A stretch of 64,000 nucleotides of DNA from Eledone cirrhosa (taxonomy: Eukaryota): the NCBI GenBank assembly GCA_964016885.1, contig OZ024742.1:176886001-176950000 (forward strand), written 5' to 3'. Positions 1 through 13,840 of this stretch are shown piece after piece. A model generated the notes under the pieces. That model did no database searches, was not told where the DNA came from, and saw only the letters and a program-made list of their open reading frames with translations. Position numbers and translations under genes: made by a program. Each line of letters opens with the position of its first letter. Within the stretch, counting starts at the first letter, position 1.

Positions 1-175
1 CCTGGTATTCGTATCTTCTACAATGGTACAAATTCTTCTGGCTAGGCAGTATGGGAAGTTGCGTTTTGTATGAGGTTGATGGCACGACTTAAAATTCAGA
101 TATTGATGGGTGTCTGTGTGTTTATAATATATATCCGTGGTAATGGTGGTGTCGTTTTTGATTATCATTATATCT
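1..175 (-). mobile_element. Inverted partial copy of the adjacent Penelope-like element (RT thumb region), running off the window edge
   Basis: 1-175 is the near-exact reverse complement of 1501-1675 (agatataatgataatcaaaaacgacacc...gatacgaataccagg). Confidence 0.9.
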
Positions 176-279
176 TGTTGGAATATAAATCCTGAACAGA
201 GAAAAATCCATGTTTTAACGTCAGGACAACAAAAACCGGAAAAAGAAAAACTCCAGGAGGAAACATACCCAAAACAGCT

Positions 280-2400
280 GTACACGTAGAACTGAAGGAG
301 GATACCCAAGAATTCTGTCGAAAATTACGTCTTGTAGAATTCTTCGCTGATAAAAATAATGAGAGTGATGAATCACTAGTAAAGAATAAATCAAATTTCA
401 CTCCGCTAAAAGAAGAAATATCTATCTCGACCAATACATTGACATCCTGTCTAAATTTACTCTTAGACATAATACTAATGTTAGGCCAAACATTAACAAA
501 TCAGAAATGTCTGCACTTAAATGTATACAAAATGATAAAACAATAATAATTAAACAAGCAGATAAAGGGGGTGCAGTTGTTATAATGGATACTGAATACT
601 ACAAGGATTTGGTTGAGGAACAACTGAAAGACACAACATTCTATCATGAAATACCGTCAAATATACAGCACAACATCATGAAGAAGATCAACAACCTGGC
701 TTCAAAATACCACAACTCATTTACTGATAAGGAAAGAGACTACATCACAAATTTTGAGCCGAAACCCAGCAACCTCTATGGCCTACCGAAAGTTCATAAG
801 TCAAAAGAAATACAAATGGCAGTAAGAGAACAAAACAGTGAGTACATTAAATTATTACTCCAAAAGACTTAAAACTTAGACCTATTATAGCCGGTCCAAC
901 AGGCCCCACCCACCGTCTAAGCAATTTTGTTGACATTATTTTGAAACCACTATGTATTCACATACACAGTTTCATCCGGGATGATATCGACTTGCTGTCC
1001 CATCTTCCCCAAACCACGGAAACGAATTCACTTCTACTCAGTTTTGATGTGGTAAGCCTTTACACCAACATTACACATGATTTAGGAATAAAGGCGGTTA
1101 AATACTGGGTGGAAAAACATAGAGAAGTGATTCCCATTAGATTCACAGCGCCATTTATATTAGACGCAGTTAAACTTGTTCTGGAAAACAACACTTTCTT
1201 CTTCAATGGAAAGAATTACATCCAAATTAGAGGCACAGCGATGGGAACGAAGTTTGCTCCCGTTTACGCAAGCTCTGTAATGGGATACTTGGAACAACAA
1301 CTCTACCAAGAAATAGAGGAATAATATAGTACTGACTTTAGAAAGTACATTGAAAAATCTTGGAAGAGATACCTTGACGACTGTTTCATCATCTGGACAG
1401 AATCTCTAGATACTCTGGATGAGTTCATTATCCTCCTGAATAACCTACACCCATCTCTCCAATTCACAAAAGAGATGAGTAGAACCAAATGACCATTCCT
1501 AGATATAATGATAATCAAAAACGACACCACCATTACCACGGATATATATTATAAACACACAGACACCCAACAATATCTGAATTTTAAGTCGTGCCATCCT
1601 CCTCATACAAAACGCAACATCCCATACTGCCTAGCCAGAAGAATCTGTACCATTGTAGAAGATACGAATACCAGGTACAAACGCCTAACAGAACTAAGAG
1701 AATTTTTTCTCAAACAAAAATACCCATCTCTACTTAGAGAAAATGGCATACAGCGGGCTATAAAGATACCTATACAACAACTTAGAACAACCCATGGAAG
1801 AAGAAACCAAGAACTGGTCATACCATTTATAATGACACACAACCCATGTCACCAGAATATCTTCAACACTGCCAAAGCAAACCTACCGATCATTGCTCAA
1901 AGTAACGAATTAAAAGGCTTAATCACAGATCGATCTTTGACTCTTAGTAAAAGACAGCCAAAAAAGTTGAAGCAATTACTTACAAAAGCAAAGTTTGACC
2001 TTAACAACAAAGATCAATCATTCACTGTATCTAAATGCAATAATAGTCGATGCGGCACATGTCAATCCATACACGCCGGTCAATATATGAAAACAAAAAC
2101 TGGAAAAATATTCCCAAATGCAAATATGAACTGCAAAAGCAGAAATCTAATTTACTGCATTAAATGTCCGAATTGTGAAGAACTATATGTCGGCCAAACT
2201 GGAAATGCACTATCGGAACGTGCACGGGTACACCGTCAACAAATCAGAGACCCAAATGTCCATCTGATACCCCTAAGCGGCCACCTGGTCAGGAAATATT
2301 TATAATATTCCCATTCTACAAATTACACAACCCAAGTGAAATCAAGAGAAAAATCAAACAAAAGAATTTTATTGATAAATTCAAACCCAAGCTAAATGAA
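280..2400 (+). pseudogene. Penelope-like element polyprotein (RT + GIY-YIG endonuclease), Neptune-type, disrupted by frameshifts and stops
   Basis: ADKGGAVVIMD, LYGLPKVHK, RPIIAG, SFDVVSLYTNI, GTAMGTKFAP, WKRYLDDCF (1361-1387), YYKHTD, Cys linker CNNSRCGTC, NLIYCIKCPNCEELYVGQT...RARVHRQQI; in-frame stops near 1322 and 1490. Confidence 0.93.
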
Positions 2401-2940
2401 CAATAATAACGCTTAGGGGTACTACTTCTACTACCACTATGACCACGACCACTAACAACAACAACAACAACAATAATAATAATAATAAAAGCAATGTTGA
2501 TGGTGATGATTAATAGAAAATGCTAAACATGCATTTCTAAACATAGCAAAACAATTGATGCTTTGGATATGATCATTGGTCGTTAGCATGCTCAACCAGC
2601 CGTGACGCTTAAACCAATCAGCTTTAGTAATTCAGTGAAACTACTCTCTGATTGGTCGAAATACAGTTTACAGGGCTTAGCATTCTGGAGCCACTTTTCT
2701 CTGTATAAAATGTATAAAAGGTAGGAAATTTACCCATCTCATTACAGTTGAAAATTGCAAACTCGACTGTCACCACATATTATGAACCTGAAGATTACGA
2801 AAGCATGAAAGTACTTGTTCAATTAACACTTAGAATTTAATATCCTATCATACTATTTCATTATAATACCATTATATATTCTATATTTTAAAGGATTGTA
2901 AATAAAACGAGTAAATCAGACAAAGTTGGAATTCCCCTTA
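2401..2940 (+). mobile_element. 3' pseudo-LTR/UTR of the Neptune-type PLE, with CCAAT and TATA-like boxes and an HHR, ending in (TA)n
   Basis: ccaatca ~2614, ctgattgg ~2648, tataaaa ~2705 and ~2714, HHR at 2783-2821, (TA)n from 2941. Confidence 0.75.
2783..2821 (+). ncRNA. Minimal type-I hammerhead ribozyme (helix II partly decayed)
   Basis: TGAAC-CTGAAGA-ttacgaaagcat-GAAA-GTAC-TT-GTTCA: helix I TGAAC/GTTCA, palindromic loop III GTAC. Confidence 0.75.
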
Positions 2941-3152
<212 letters not shown>

Positions 3153-3962
3153 CTATGGTTATTGTCATCATTGTCTTCAAGGCGTAAAGGAAGATGACTC
3201 TGGTTTCATACCTTGCAGGTGATTGTGATTGCGAATTAGCGTAGTCGCATCCATTGTTATCTTCCAGGCAACTATGAACAAAGATAGAAGACGCTATTAA
3301 CATGAGATCTCGTTAGGAGCAAGTTGAGATAACCCTAAATAACATGGCTTAAATATTCTTTTTCCTTATGCAAGGCGAATAACTCTCCTAAAATATTGTT
3401 ATTCAACCATTAACCTAGTTGGTTTTCATAACTCAGGGGGCTAACTCTCTTGTCGATATGAGGTATTATTATGTACATTAGAAACTAAAACTAATTATGT
3501 GTGGATGCTGCTGTGAATTTTGCGTTTATTCGTAGCTTGCTGTGACTTTTACAAAGATGTTTGTGGCTTTGTGATATTACTGTGAAATAGGTTATTAAGC
3601 GTGATCTTACATATTAAAGTTTCATATGGTGTACGTATTTTATGTGTGCATTTGTATCCTGGTGTGGTGATACGCACGTGTGTGTTTATGTGTGTCTGTG
3701 TGTGTGTGCGCGCGTGCGTATGTGTGTGTGTGTGTGTTGAGGTACCGTAAATATACAAAATTCTTGGTGCGAAAGGGAAGATCATGTCACTGTTATTTCA
3801 TTAGACGGTCAACATGCCTGACACATGTTTCTGGATCTTATCATCGATATTCACATTAGGTACCGACGAGATCGCTGTGATATATCCACAACTAAAAACA
3901 TTCATAAAGAGTTTCTTGTATGATTTCTGTGGACAGACATATCGTATATGGCTTCATATATG

Positions 3963-4024
<62 letters not shown>

Positions 4025-4343
4025 AGGCTGCTTACTAAAACATATAGACTTAAAAAAAGATAACACACGCACACACATATACACAAACACATACACACAA
4101 ACACACGACAGCTTTGGGGCAAGCAGAATTTTGACTGATTACTAAATCGTAGACACCTTAAAAGATAACACACACACACACTAGATATCACTACATGCGG
4201 CTTTGACCAGAAGGGTAATTTAGATGAATTGCGTTAGGTTGCACAGCCACACTTTCCGCCATGGCGATTGGACTGCATGCCCTGCTTTGCAGGTTAGCCT
4301 TCGCCACTGATACATAAATGAAGCCATATTCGATATATATATA

Positions 4344-4535
4344 TATTTGATATAGAAAGGCTTCTACAGGACTAGAACTGTTGCATTTCGTAGAAATCAT
4401 CAGGCTTCCTGATTATTTCTACCGAATGAAACAGGTCTAGTCCTGTAGAAGCCTTTCTATATTAAATATTTATACTCTGCTATGCATTGAGTACCTTACT
4501 TACTGTGGTTACCCTCGATTGAACCTCGAGATAAA

Positions 4536-4538
<3 letters not shown>
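4344..4538 (+). mobile_element. Family A fold-back mini-element with hammerhead (this copy has G8->U)
   Basis: Palindrome ~4344-4469; AGGCTTC-CTGATTA-tTTCtaccGAAt-GAAACAG-gtctagtc-CTGTA-GAAGCCT at 4402-4454; shared tail gagtaccttacttactgtggttacc; (TA)n on both sides. Confidence 0.85.
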
Positions 4539-4587
<49 letters not shown>

Positions 4588-5149
4588 TATGTGTATGTTT
4601 GTACACTCACACACATGCACATACATATATATTTACACAGTCACACACACACACGCCCCGCCCCCACATATATATATATATAAATGAAGTATTTCCGTCA
4701 GAAAGGTACAGGAAAAAACAGTGCTCTATGTAGGCTAGAGAGATTACATTTGTGAGTTCATATATATCTGTGTATATGTGTGTGTATGTATTTATGTATA
4801 TATCTGTGTATATGTATGTGTATTATTTATGTTCCTGTCGGTATTTCTTTCTGGACGCAAATACGCTGATCTGAGGAAGTATACGTCTACGTACTATTAG
4901 GTATATGCGCGTAGTTGAGTGTGTGTATGTTTACGTTCTGAATATTTTTATATATATATATTTTTTTTTTTCCCCTATTTCCTTTTCGCCCGTTTTTTTC
5001 AGCCTCACTCTCATATTTCGTAAATTTTGTTTTCAAATCCATATTTAATAAAACATACCATATTTTTTTTATTCATTCTGAAAACAGACACAACATCCGT
5101 CTTCAAGAAACCACTGGTAAATTAAATAATTATCTTATGTTGTTTATTA

Positions 5150-6158
5150 CACAGCCCCACGTTATACCCTAACGGATAGGACGATCTATACGTGGATATA
5201 TTACGTCCTAATGTGGGAGCTAAGTATATGTTTTGTTTATTCCTTTACTTATTTGCATAGGTAAGTATATATTACCTGTATGTTTTGTGAAGGTTGTATA
5301 CCTTCTCGTACGTATATTTGATTGTTATGGCGTATCATTTTTATATATTCTGGTATTTAGGGTTTGGCTATGTGTATACGGGAGTTTTGCGTCTGCGTGT
5401 GTATGCAGGTTCGTACGTATGGTGGGTGTGTGTATATGTGTACTTCTTGTTTGAGATGACTTACGTCTCCGAACATTTGTGTATTTATATGTAGGTATGT
5501 GTGTGCGCTTGTTATATACGTATTTATCTACTTATATACGTTTATATAATTATTTATTTATTTGTACACAAGCATACACACACACGCACACACACATATT
5601 TATATGTGCGTGGTTGTATACCTATGGTAAGGTGTTGCGTATGCTTGTGTATGTACGTATTTGTTTGCGTGTATGTATTTATTTATTTCTATTACTTCTG
5701 TATTGTATTTATTTACTTTGTTCTTAACTCTGTAGCGGAGATTCATTTGGTCTCCTAGTTAGAATTTTAGTCTACGACTTCTGCTATACCATTTACGTGG
5801 TTTTGTCTTTGCGTGCTATTGTTCTCCACGCTCCACGTATGACTTATTATCTTCGTTTTTTCGTTCATTGCACAACCTAAGAGAACATTGGTCTACGACC
5901 TCTTTTATACCTAAACGTGGTTCTGTCTTTGCGCGTAATTGTTTTTCACCGCTCCTAATAATGACGTATAATATTCGTTTTTTCCCGTTCTTTGCCGGCG
6001 AACGTTACCACGAACCAAAGTATCGTCTTCCTGTCTTCCTCCGCAACGTTTTTTGAAATACTCAGTTCTGCGTTTACAGATTGACTTTGTTAGTTTCAGA
6101 AGATCCCGTTAAGGGTGAAAGCAGCGATTCTTTGCTTAAACTTTAATCTGTTATTTTA

Positions 6159-6165
<7 letters not shown>
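5150..6165 (+). mobile_element. Family C PLE long 3' UTR/pLTR ending in an HHR
   Basis: Collinear homology with 59850-61207 and inverted homology with 56925-57190. Confidence 0.8.
6092..6142 (+). ncRNA. Type-I hammerhead with variant core CAGAAGA (family C)
   Basis: AGTTT-CAGAAGA-tCCCgttaaGGGt-GAAAGCA-gcgattctt-TGCTT-AAACT; all three helices pair. Confidence 0.75.
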
Positions 6166-6195
<30 letters not shown>

Positions 6196-6397
6196 AGTCG
6201 TTTGGAAGCCTCGACAATGCAAATGGGTAAATCTCCGGGTAACAAGATCCGGTGGTGGAGAGGGAGATGTAAGTGGGTGTACGTTAAGATGCGTGGTGTG
6301 TAAAGATGTGTAAATGTGTAGAAGAAAGAAGGGAAGAGTATAAAGGATGAAATAAAGATAACAACACAAGAGAGAGTTACCTTGGGAGAGATTTAAT

Positions 6398-6438
6398 AAT
6401 CCCTATATATTTCGGATTCACATCCATCAACGGGGATT
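6398..6438 (-). ncRNA. Degenerate minimal hammerhead
   Basis: Minus strand AATCCC-cgttgat-GGAT gtga ATCC-GAAA-TATA-TA-GGGATT; helices intact, CUGAUGA core corrupted. Confidence 0.55.
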
Positions 6439-6503
6439 TTTTTTCCGGGGTAAAGGTTGTCTGTCGGACAGGTGCGAAACGCGCCCTCCGCTGTTTGTTG
6501 TCT

Positions 6504-6551
<48 letters not shown>

Positions 6552-6928
6552 TTTGCATTCTTGCAAAAATATAGACAACTGAATTTATTCTCCTGATATA
6601 GGGGCTGCCTCTCTTGTCGATCCCCAAGTGGAGTCAGCAATAGTCAGTCCTTGTATTAACATTGACTAAAACCTGTTGAGAAAGTGGCTTCCTTGTTCAA
6701 TCATCTTACCAGAAGCCTGACATTTTTTATGTAAGCGGACGGTACTTGATTTAGAAGCCACAGAAACCCAACTGTTTGGCCTTTAACGTTTGTTATAGCT
6801 CTGGTTCATCTGAATCATTGAGCACTTGCCTCACATCTCGGAGGTTGTTTTTCGTTATTTCGTGGGCCGAAATGCGAATCTCGATAATTTATGTCTGTTT
6901 ATATATATATATATATATATATACATAT

Positions 6929-6967
<39 letters not shown>

Positions 6968-7024
6968 CGTACACACACGCACACACACATACATACACAG
7001 ATAGACAGACACACACACACACAT

Positions 7025-7085
<61 letters not shown>

Positions 7086-7539
7086 CATGTTTTAACTACG
7101 CAATTCACATCTGGATGCTGTAGCGAATGTATTGTCACTTTTTTGTGAAGTTATAGTAATTTATGAATAGGTATACAGCAATCTGGAAACATTATATTGC
7201 TTATGTTCTTTAGTATTTTATATTACAGACATGTGCAAACCAATTTAAATGCGACGATAACTCATAAAGAGCTCGGAACTTTATAAACTTCGTTCCTATC
7301 AACACCCACTCTCACACACACATGCGCACATGTATTCATACACACACAAATATAAACACAGACACAGTTACATACACAATTGCACATTTGCATATTATAC
7401 GTATATCAACACACACAGTCAAATAATCCTAAAAAGAAGGAGAGAGGGGAAGTGGGAGAATGATAACGAATAGAGAGAAAAATAAAGAGGGGGAAGAGTT
7501 ACCCTAGCACTGGACGTGGATTTTGTTTATTAACTTTTA

Positions 7540-7900
7540 AAAGAATAAAAGCAAGATCGACCTCTGCTGGATTCGAACTCAGTGCACAGAAAGCCGAATA
7601 TTCTAGCTGATGTAACAACTCTACAACTCCACCGCGTTACATATATGGTTCGGTTTTCTCTAATATTTTACATTTGAATTAGATAATATAAAATAATTGT
7701 TTCGACTTTTGACAATTAGCCAGAAATTTGAACGGAATCAGAATTCGTTTAAATTGACCCCAGTGGTTTACTGGTATTTTATTTCACCGACCCCGTTAGG
7801 ATGAAAGGCAAAGCAACCGCGGTGATATTTAACGCTAACGTAACTATATGCTGCAAAGATTATTATTCCACTCTCTACGTTACTGCCATTTTACCGCCCA
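7540..7900 (-). mobile_element. Two diverged fragments of tRNA-derived SINE family 1
   Basis: ccgaccccgttaggatgaaaggcaaag and ggattcgaactcag match the copies at 40164 and 56534. Confidence 0.6.
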
Positions 7901-8238
7901 TAGATGTCATATAATAATGAACTATAAATCCAGCTCGCTAGCATGATAGAAAACGATATTATTTCAAAATGGAATATTCCTTCAAATATTTCTTTTAATG
8001 CCGATAAAGATATATTGCCCTCTCCATATTTATTTCCGTTTAAGGAATGATATAGTTTCAAAGGCAGGTTTTCTGAGATTGTCACAATTATCTACTTAGA
8101 CTTTTCTCCAACTGTTTTCGCTGTGTATAGTTTTTCAAAATTCCAGTTTAATTTTTCGTCTAAAGTTACTGTATGCTGTGTTAAAATGTGTTCTTCACGT
8201 GAGTATTTTACCTGTTTGTGTCTTATTTGACTCAGAGT

Positions 8239-8520
8239 GGAGGCACGTATACTAATGCTAAGGATGTTGAAATTACCATCATAATGTTGTGGGTTCGATT
8301 CGTTGGTTGCGTGTTGTGTTCTTGAACAAAACACTTCATTTCACGTTGCTTCAATATACTCAGCTGAAAATGAGTGCCAGCAATAGCTGGGGGTCTAACC
8401 CTGCGATGGACTGGCGTCATGTCCAGGGGGGAGTGTGGTACTTACAGTCGCTTCACTCCATGAAACCGGGATAAGCACCGGCCAAATGAGCCTTCTGGCT
8501 TAAGACAGACTTTAGACTTT
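8239..8520 (+). mobile_element. tRNA-derived SINE family 2
   Basis: B-box ggttcgattc, central tgtgttcttgaacaaaacactt, aaccctgcgatggactggcgtc block, (agacttt) tail; second copy at 53011. Confidence 0.8.
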
Positions 8521-9132
8521 TCAGATTTGACTCAACTCCCCAATTTCCTTATTCTTACACAAATCTGCTCGCGCTTACTTCTCTACCCTAGCCACTGTCA
8601 CACCCAGCTCCTCCGCTTTCACACATGCGCGTACATTTACCCCTTAGGTTGCTATGGTTCTGCTATGGTCAGAAACACACTCTTACAGATTATAGAGACC
8701 AACAACAAGCACACGCGCACTTATCTTCACAGATCTGTACAGACCAACAACTAATACACACTCATCCTCTTATATACACACATATATGCTCACAGCTTTA
8801 TATTTTCAAATACACATACACACTCTCCCTTAAACACACTTAAACACATTCACACACATATCGTCTAAGCATCGTACGGACGAAGAAAAAACACTCACAC
8901 ACTCGCACAGGAATCTACACACGAACAGCCTCTTTATACAAAACGATTTTTCCTTGTTAGCTAGAAGCGTTAGATCAGCGCTTATAAAGCGAGATCATCT
9001 TATACAACAACGCCAGTATCAACAGTATTCCATTAGATTGCGACGTGGATAGACCAGTTTTATCTCAATCATTTTTCTCTTCCACTGCCCAGTCTCCTCT
9101 ACCCGCCTATTCGTTCTATACTTTTTCATTCT

Positions 9133-9197
9133 GTTTGCTGGTGAAGGGCTAGCGTACGAAACGTTATGACTCTTATTCCACTGTATCAAGCGTAAAC
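9133..9197 (+). ncRNA. Degenerate hammerhead; a related 3' half lies at ~23908-23949
   Basis: gtttg-CTGGTGA-agggctagcgtac-GAAACGTT...AAGCGTA-aac; flanking sequence shared with 23880-23990. Confidence 0.4.
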
Positions 9198-9267
9198 CCA
9201 ATACTATATTTAGTCATTGTACTGTGTCATTTGCTTTGTTATTTCTGTTTAACTTTCGCATATATAT

Positions 9268-9303
<36 letters not shown>

Positions 9304-9463
9304 ACAGGGAGAAAGAGACGATTATGAGGAAGAAAAATATATTTTTTTCATTTTTTCTGTGTCTCTCTCTCCCTCTTTTTTCTGGGTTAGAAAATTATTA
9401 AAACGAAATGTTTTACTTTGTGTGAAGTGTTAAGGTATTAGTTGATTATTATATATATAATCC

Positions 9464-9529
<66 letters not shown>

Positions 9530-9579
9530 GTGTGCGTATGTATGCATATGTATGAATATATATATGTATATATAGACGT

Positions 9580-10188
9580 ATACTGATTAATGTTCAGAGC
9601 CATCCTCAGCATTCTCGTGTAGCACCCATCCACCATCTGAGTGAGTCTCTTGGTCAGTGTCCAAGTCTCAGACCCATACAGCACCACAGACTCCACTACA
9701 GCAATGAAGAGGCGGATTTTCAGGTCTCTACGAAGGTCCGACTTCCACACCGATCTCAAGCTGTGACACGCCGCCCAGGCCTTGCTCTTCCTCTCAACCA
9801 CATCATTTTCCGTATTCCCAATCTTTGCTCCCAAATACAGGAAGTCCTCAACCAATTCCAGCGGCTTCCCGCCTACATGGATGAAAAACTCAGAGCTGTA
9901 TGGGAGCATCCCAAAAGTCAGCTCAAAAGTGACACAGAGGAGATTGAGGTTGGCTGGACATGCTCACCGACATCCAGAGTTGACATTGCACTCAGTGCTC
10001 CTTTGGGAGCCCCTACATGGACACACTAGAAGAGGAAGACCAAGGTTAACATATGTTGATGCCCTAAGGACAGATACTGGTCTGTTGGAGATGCAGGATA
10101 TGGCAGCGATAATGAGGGACAGAGACCGCTGGAGAGAACTCGTCCATGGATCTCGGGAATTTTACCCGCCTTAGATAGATAGAGAGAG
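9580..10188 (+). mobile_element. 5'-truncated RTE-clade LINE with inverted 5' segment, (TAGA)n tail and 12-bp TSD
   Basis: Minus ~9582-9885 encodes VEDFLYLG...VESVVLYGSETWTLT...YTRMLRMALNI; plus ~9886-10174 encodes NSELYG...RRLRLAGH...RGRPRLTYVD...DRDRWR; TSD atatatagacgt at 9568-9579 and 10189-10200. Confidence 0.9.
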
Positions 10189-10230
10189 ATATATAGACGT
10201 GTATATATATATATGCATATATATATATAG

Positions 10231-10357
10231 GAAAATAGCCGTCGAAACGGCTTGAGCTCTGCCGTCGGGGTCATACTTTTTCCTATTTCCCACTACCCTG
10301 AGTATTGAGTACTCTGGTGCGTTATGACTCCATCTGGTTCCTACCACAATTCCTTTG

Positions 10358-10360
<3 letters not shown>
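10231..10360 (+). mobile_element. Family B pLTR fragment carrying the 3' half of a hammerhead
   Basis: aaatagccgtc-GAAACGGC-ttgagctct-GCCGTC-ggggtc (helix III plus GUC site); homologues at 23582-23763, 25413-25570, 57340-57393. Confidence 0.7.
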
Positions 10361-10413
<53 letters not shown>

Positions 10414-10415
<2 letters not shown>

Positions 10416-10604
10416 GTTATTCCGGGTTGAATCGGAGGTAACCACAGTAAGTAAGGTACTCAATACATAGCAGAGTATAACAGTTTTAATATAGAAGAGA
10501 TTCTACAGGACTAGAACTGTTTCATTCATTAGAAATCATCAAGATTCCTGATGATTTCTAATGAATGAAACAGTTCTAGTCCTGTAGAATCTCTTCTATA
10601 TTAA

Positions 10605-10608
<4 letters not shown>
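10414..10608. mobile_element. Family A fold-back mini-element
   Basis: Palindrome 10482-10608 plus antisense tail 10414-10481; (TA)n on both sides. Confidence 0.88.
10542..10592 (+). ncRNA. Intact type-I hammerhead ribozyme (family A)
   Basis: AGATTC-CTGATGA-tTTCtaatGAAt-GAAACAG-ttctagtc-CTGTA-GAATCT; predicted cleavage after GUA at 10586. Confidence 0.85.
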
Positions 10609-10660
<52 letters not shown>

Positions 10661-10721
10661 CAAGAAATAAGAGTAACACGGTTGGCTGTACAATAAGGGG
10701 TTTATATATATATATATATAA

Positions 10722-10759
<38 letters not shown>

Positions 10760-10992
10760 CTGTATGTATGCATGTGTGTGTTTATTTTTCACATTTCCAT
10801 TTATTCTAACTGCAGGTGCATTTGATCTAATAAAATAGTTAAGATATTATCAATTACATTACACAGTGGTGTAGATTTTGTGAAAATAATATGTGTGTGG
10901 ATGGTATTCGTGTGTGATTATGTGCATATGTGTTTGTAGGTTTCGGGCATGTACAATTATACCTACATAAAGTGTTTATGCATATTTTATCT

Positions 10993-11023
<31 letters not shown>

Positions 11024-11078
11024 TATGTCTCTGTGTGTATATATATAGACACACAAATCTATCTATTTGTCTCTCTAT

Positions 11079-11136
<58 letters not shown>

Positions 11137-11330
11137 TATATATAGATATATGTCTCTGTGTGTATATATAGACACACACATCTATCTATTTTTCTATCTA
11201 TTATATATATATACACACACACACGCACGCACGCACACACCCACACACACCCACCCACACACACCCACACACACACACACACATACATCTCTCTATTTTT
11301 CTATCTATTATATATATATATATACACACA

Positions 11331-11369
<39 letters not shown>

Positions 11370-12054
11370 CTCTCTATATATATGTATGAAAAGAACTAGC
11401 TACCAATGCTACGGTACGACATGGTTTTCTATTGTACGGAGATGAATTGGGAAGAAATGGCAAAACGAGCAAAGTAATTGAAAATAATAATATACATAAA
11501 AAGCAAATAAATACACACGTTCGCACACGCATACACACACAAATAATAAAATAATGGAAATGGAGACTTAAGGTAAATGCTTTTCACTTTACTGATAACA
11601 ATTTTAAACTGAAAAGCAACATCTTCAAGTCTGCCTTTATTTTACTTATTATGCTAGCTTACTTGATCTATTTTCTATTTTATTATCTATCTATCTTGCC
11701 TACACTTGCAACTCCAATGCTCTTTTCCTTTGCTCCAGTAAAACTATATAACAGAGATAAAAGCATTTGTCTAAAATTTGAGTAAGTCAAACCAAATTAG
11801 TTTTGATTCGAAAAACCAGTTTGCGTGATCAACATACTTTAGTTGCTTTGCTTTCTATTATTGTTCGCCGAGGATGTCCATTAGTTCTTGTCTACAGTCG
11901 GGGAAAAAAGGAAAGAATAAAAATATAAAGATAAAATATATATAAAAATGAATGATTAAGTAAATAGATAAATGAATAGATAAATAAATATATAAAAATT
12001 GAAAACCTGCGCTTACATGTAGCCTCCCGCTCATATACAATCTCCTTACTAATT

Positions 12055-12451
<397 letters not shown>

Positions 12452-12740
12452 TGAGACAGAGCGATATAGTGTGTGGGGGTACAGACGGGGAGAGGAAATT
12501 GCTACCATATATGTAATATATGTATCAGGTGTATGTATGAGGTAAACGTTTCATGTTTCTACTCTCGTTTCCGTGTCTACACCCCCTTCTGCCATATTCT
12601 TAGATATGTCGACAATTATATAGAAGGTAATGGTTGTTTACTTTAGTTAAAATGGCTTAGCTGACTTTTAGATTCGAAATGGGACGGCTAGTATGCATAA
12701 TCGTCTTCCTGCGGATTCCTTTCGACATTTGTGTGTGTAT

Positions 12741-12838
<98 letters not shown>

Positions 12839-13249
12839 ATGCCATTAGAACGAAAATGAAATCAGTACGAGGTATTTCTATATCCCCTTAGCTCCGTGTT
12901 CTCTAAATAGAGTCAGACGATTGACCTCCCTTTGATAAGATATATCTATCAATTCCTAATCAGCTCCATTGATTTGTGTTGAGATAATGCGATATATCTT
13001 CCCAGTGACCTCTATGTAAACTGAAAGAAAATTACTCGTAGAATATAGTTCATGCCCAGAAAGAGCACGAATATAAAACCACCTGATGTGCAGTTGTTCG
13101 TGTCATCTATTTTAACCCGTTCAATATCGACCCGACCCAGAACGGCCATGATTCTGTGATATACAATCTTTCATTGTAAATTGTTTATACGAGTAAGTAT
13201 ATTAAAATCTTCCAACATAATCTTATATAAGATTACGTTCCGAACAGTG

Positions 13250-13840
13250 TTATAATGGTGGACGTAGCATGCTCGAGTGTTTAAGGAGTTCGCTTTGCAT
13301 TTATTTGATTCCGAGTTCCAACCTACTGCATAACATCTTGGGCAAGTTTCATAGCCTTTGTTCGGCTCAAGATTTGTGGATGAAATTATGTGTACTGAAA
13401 CTGTGTTGAAACCTGTCAGAATTACTGACCTGTATTTCAATTGGCCTCACTTGTCTCACATCATGCCACGCTGATTCTCCCAGAAAATATATTTTAAGGG
13501 TACATATGTCAGTAGATTGCTTGACATATCCTAGTCATATCTATGTCCATATACATGTTAAAATATACTATATTTTAAAACTGAATCGATAGACAAGATC
13601 AAATATTCCACTCATTCTCTGAGTTAGGTGATATTCTTCAAATCGGACCAAGGAAAAGAAATTTGCATTGGTATTTCCACTGCTGATACTTTCTACCGTT
13701 CGGAACTCCTAGGATAAAGAGCAACGTGAAGTAAAGTGTGTTGCTCAAGGACATAACACAGTGCTGGGTCCAAGAATTGAACTCAAAATATCACTCTAGT
13801 GAATCAAATTCTCTTACTACTAAGCCTCTGGCCTTCACCA
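13250..13840. mobile_element. Old CORE-like SINE fragments (+ ~13255-13520; - ~13720-13840)
   Basis: ccgagttccaacc...cttgggcaagt; antisense aagtgtgttgctcaaggacataacac...gaattgaactc. Confidence 0.5.

Noticed and set aside
1488-1495. In-frame TGA in the PLE RT as possible selenocysteine recoding
   Set aside because: It falls at the Leu position of the conserved LPFLD motif, and the ORF also has a TAA and frameshifts, indicating ordinary decay
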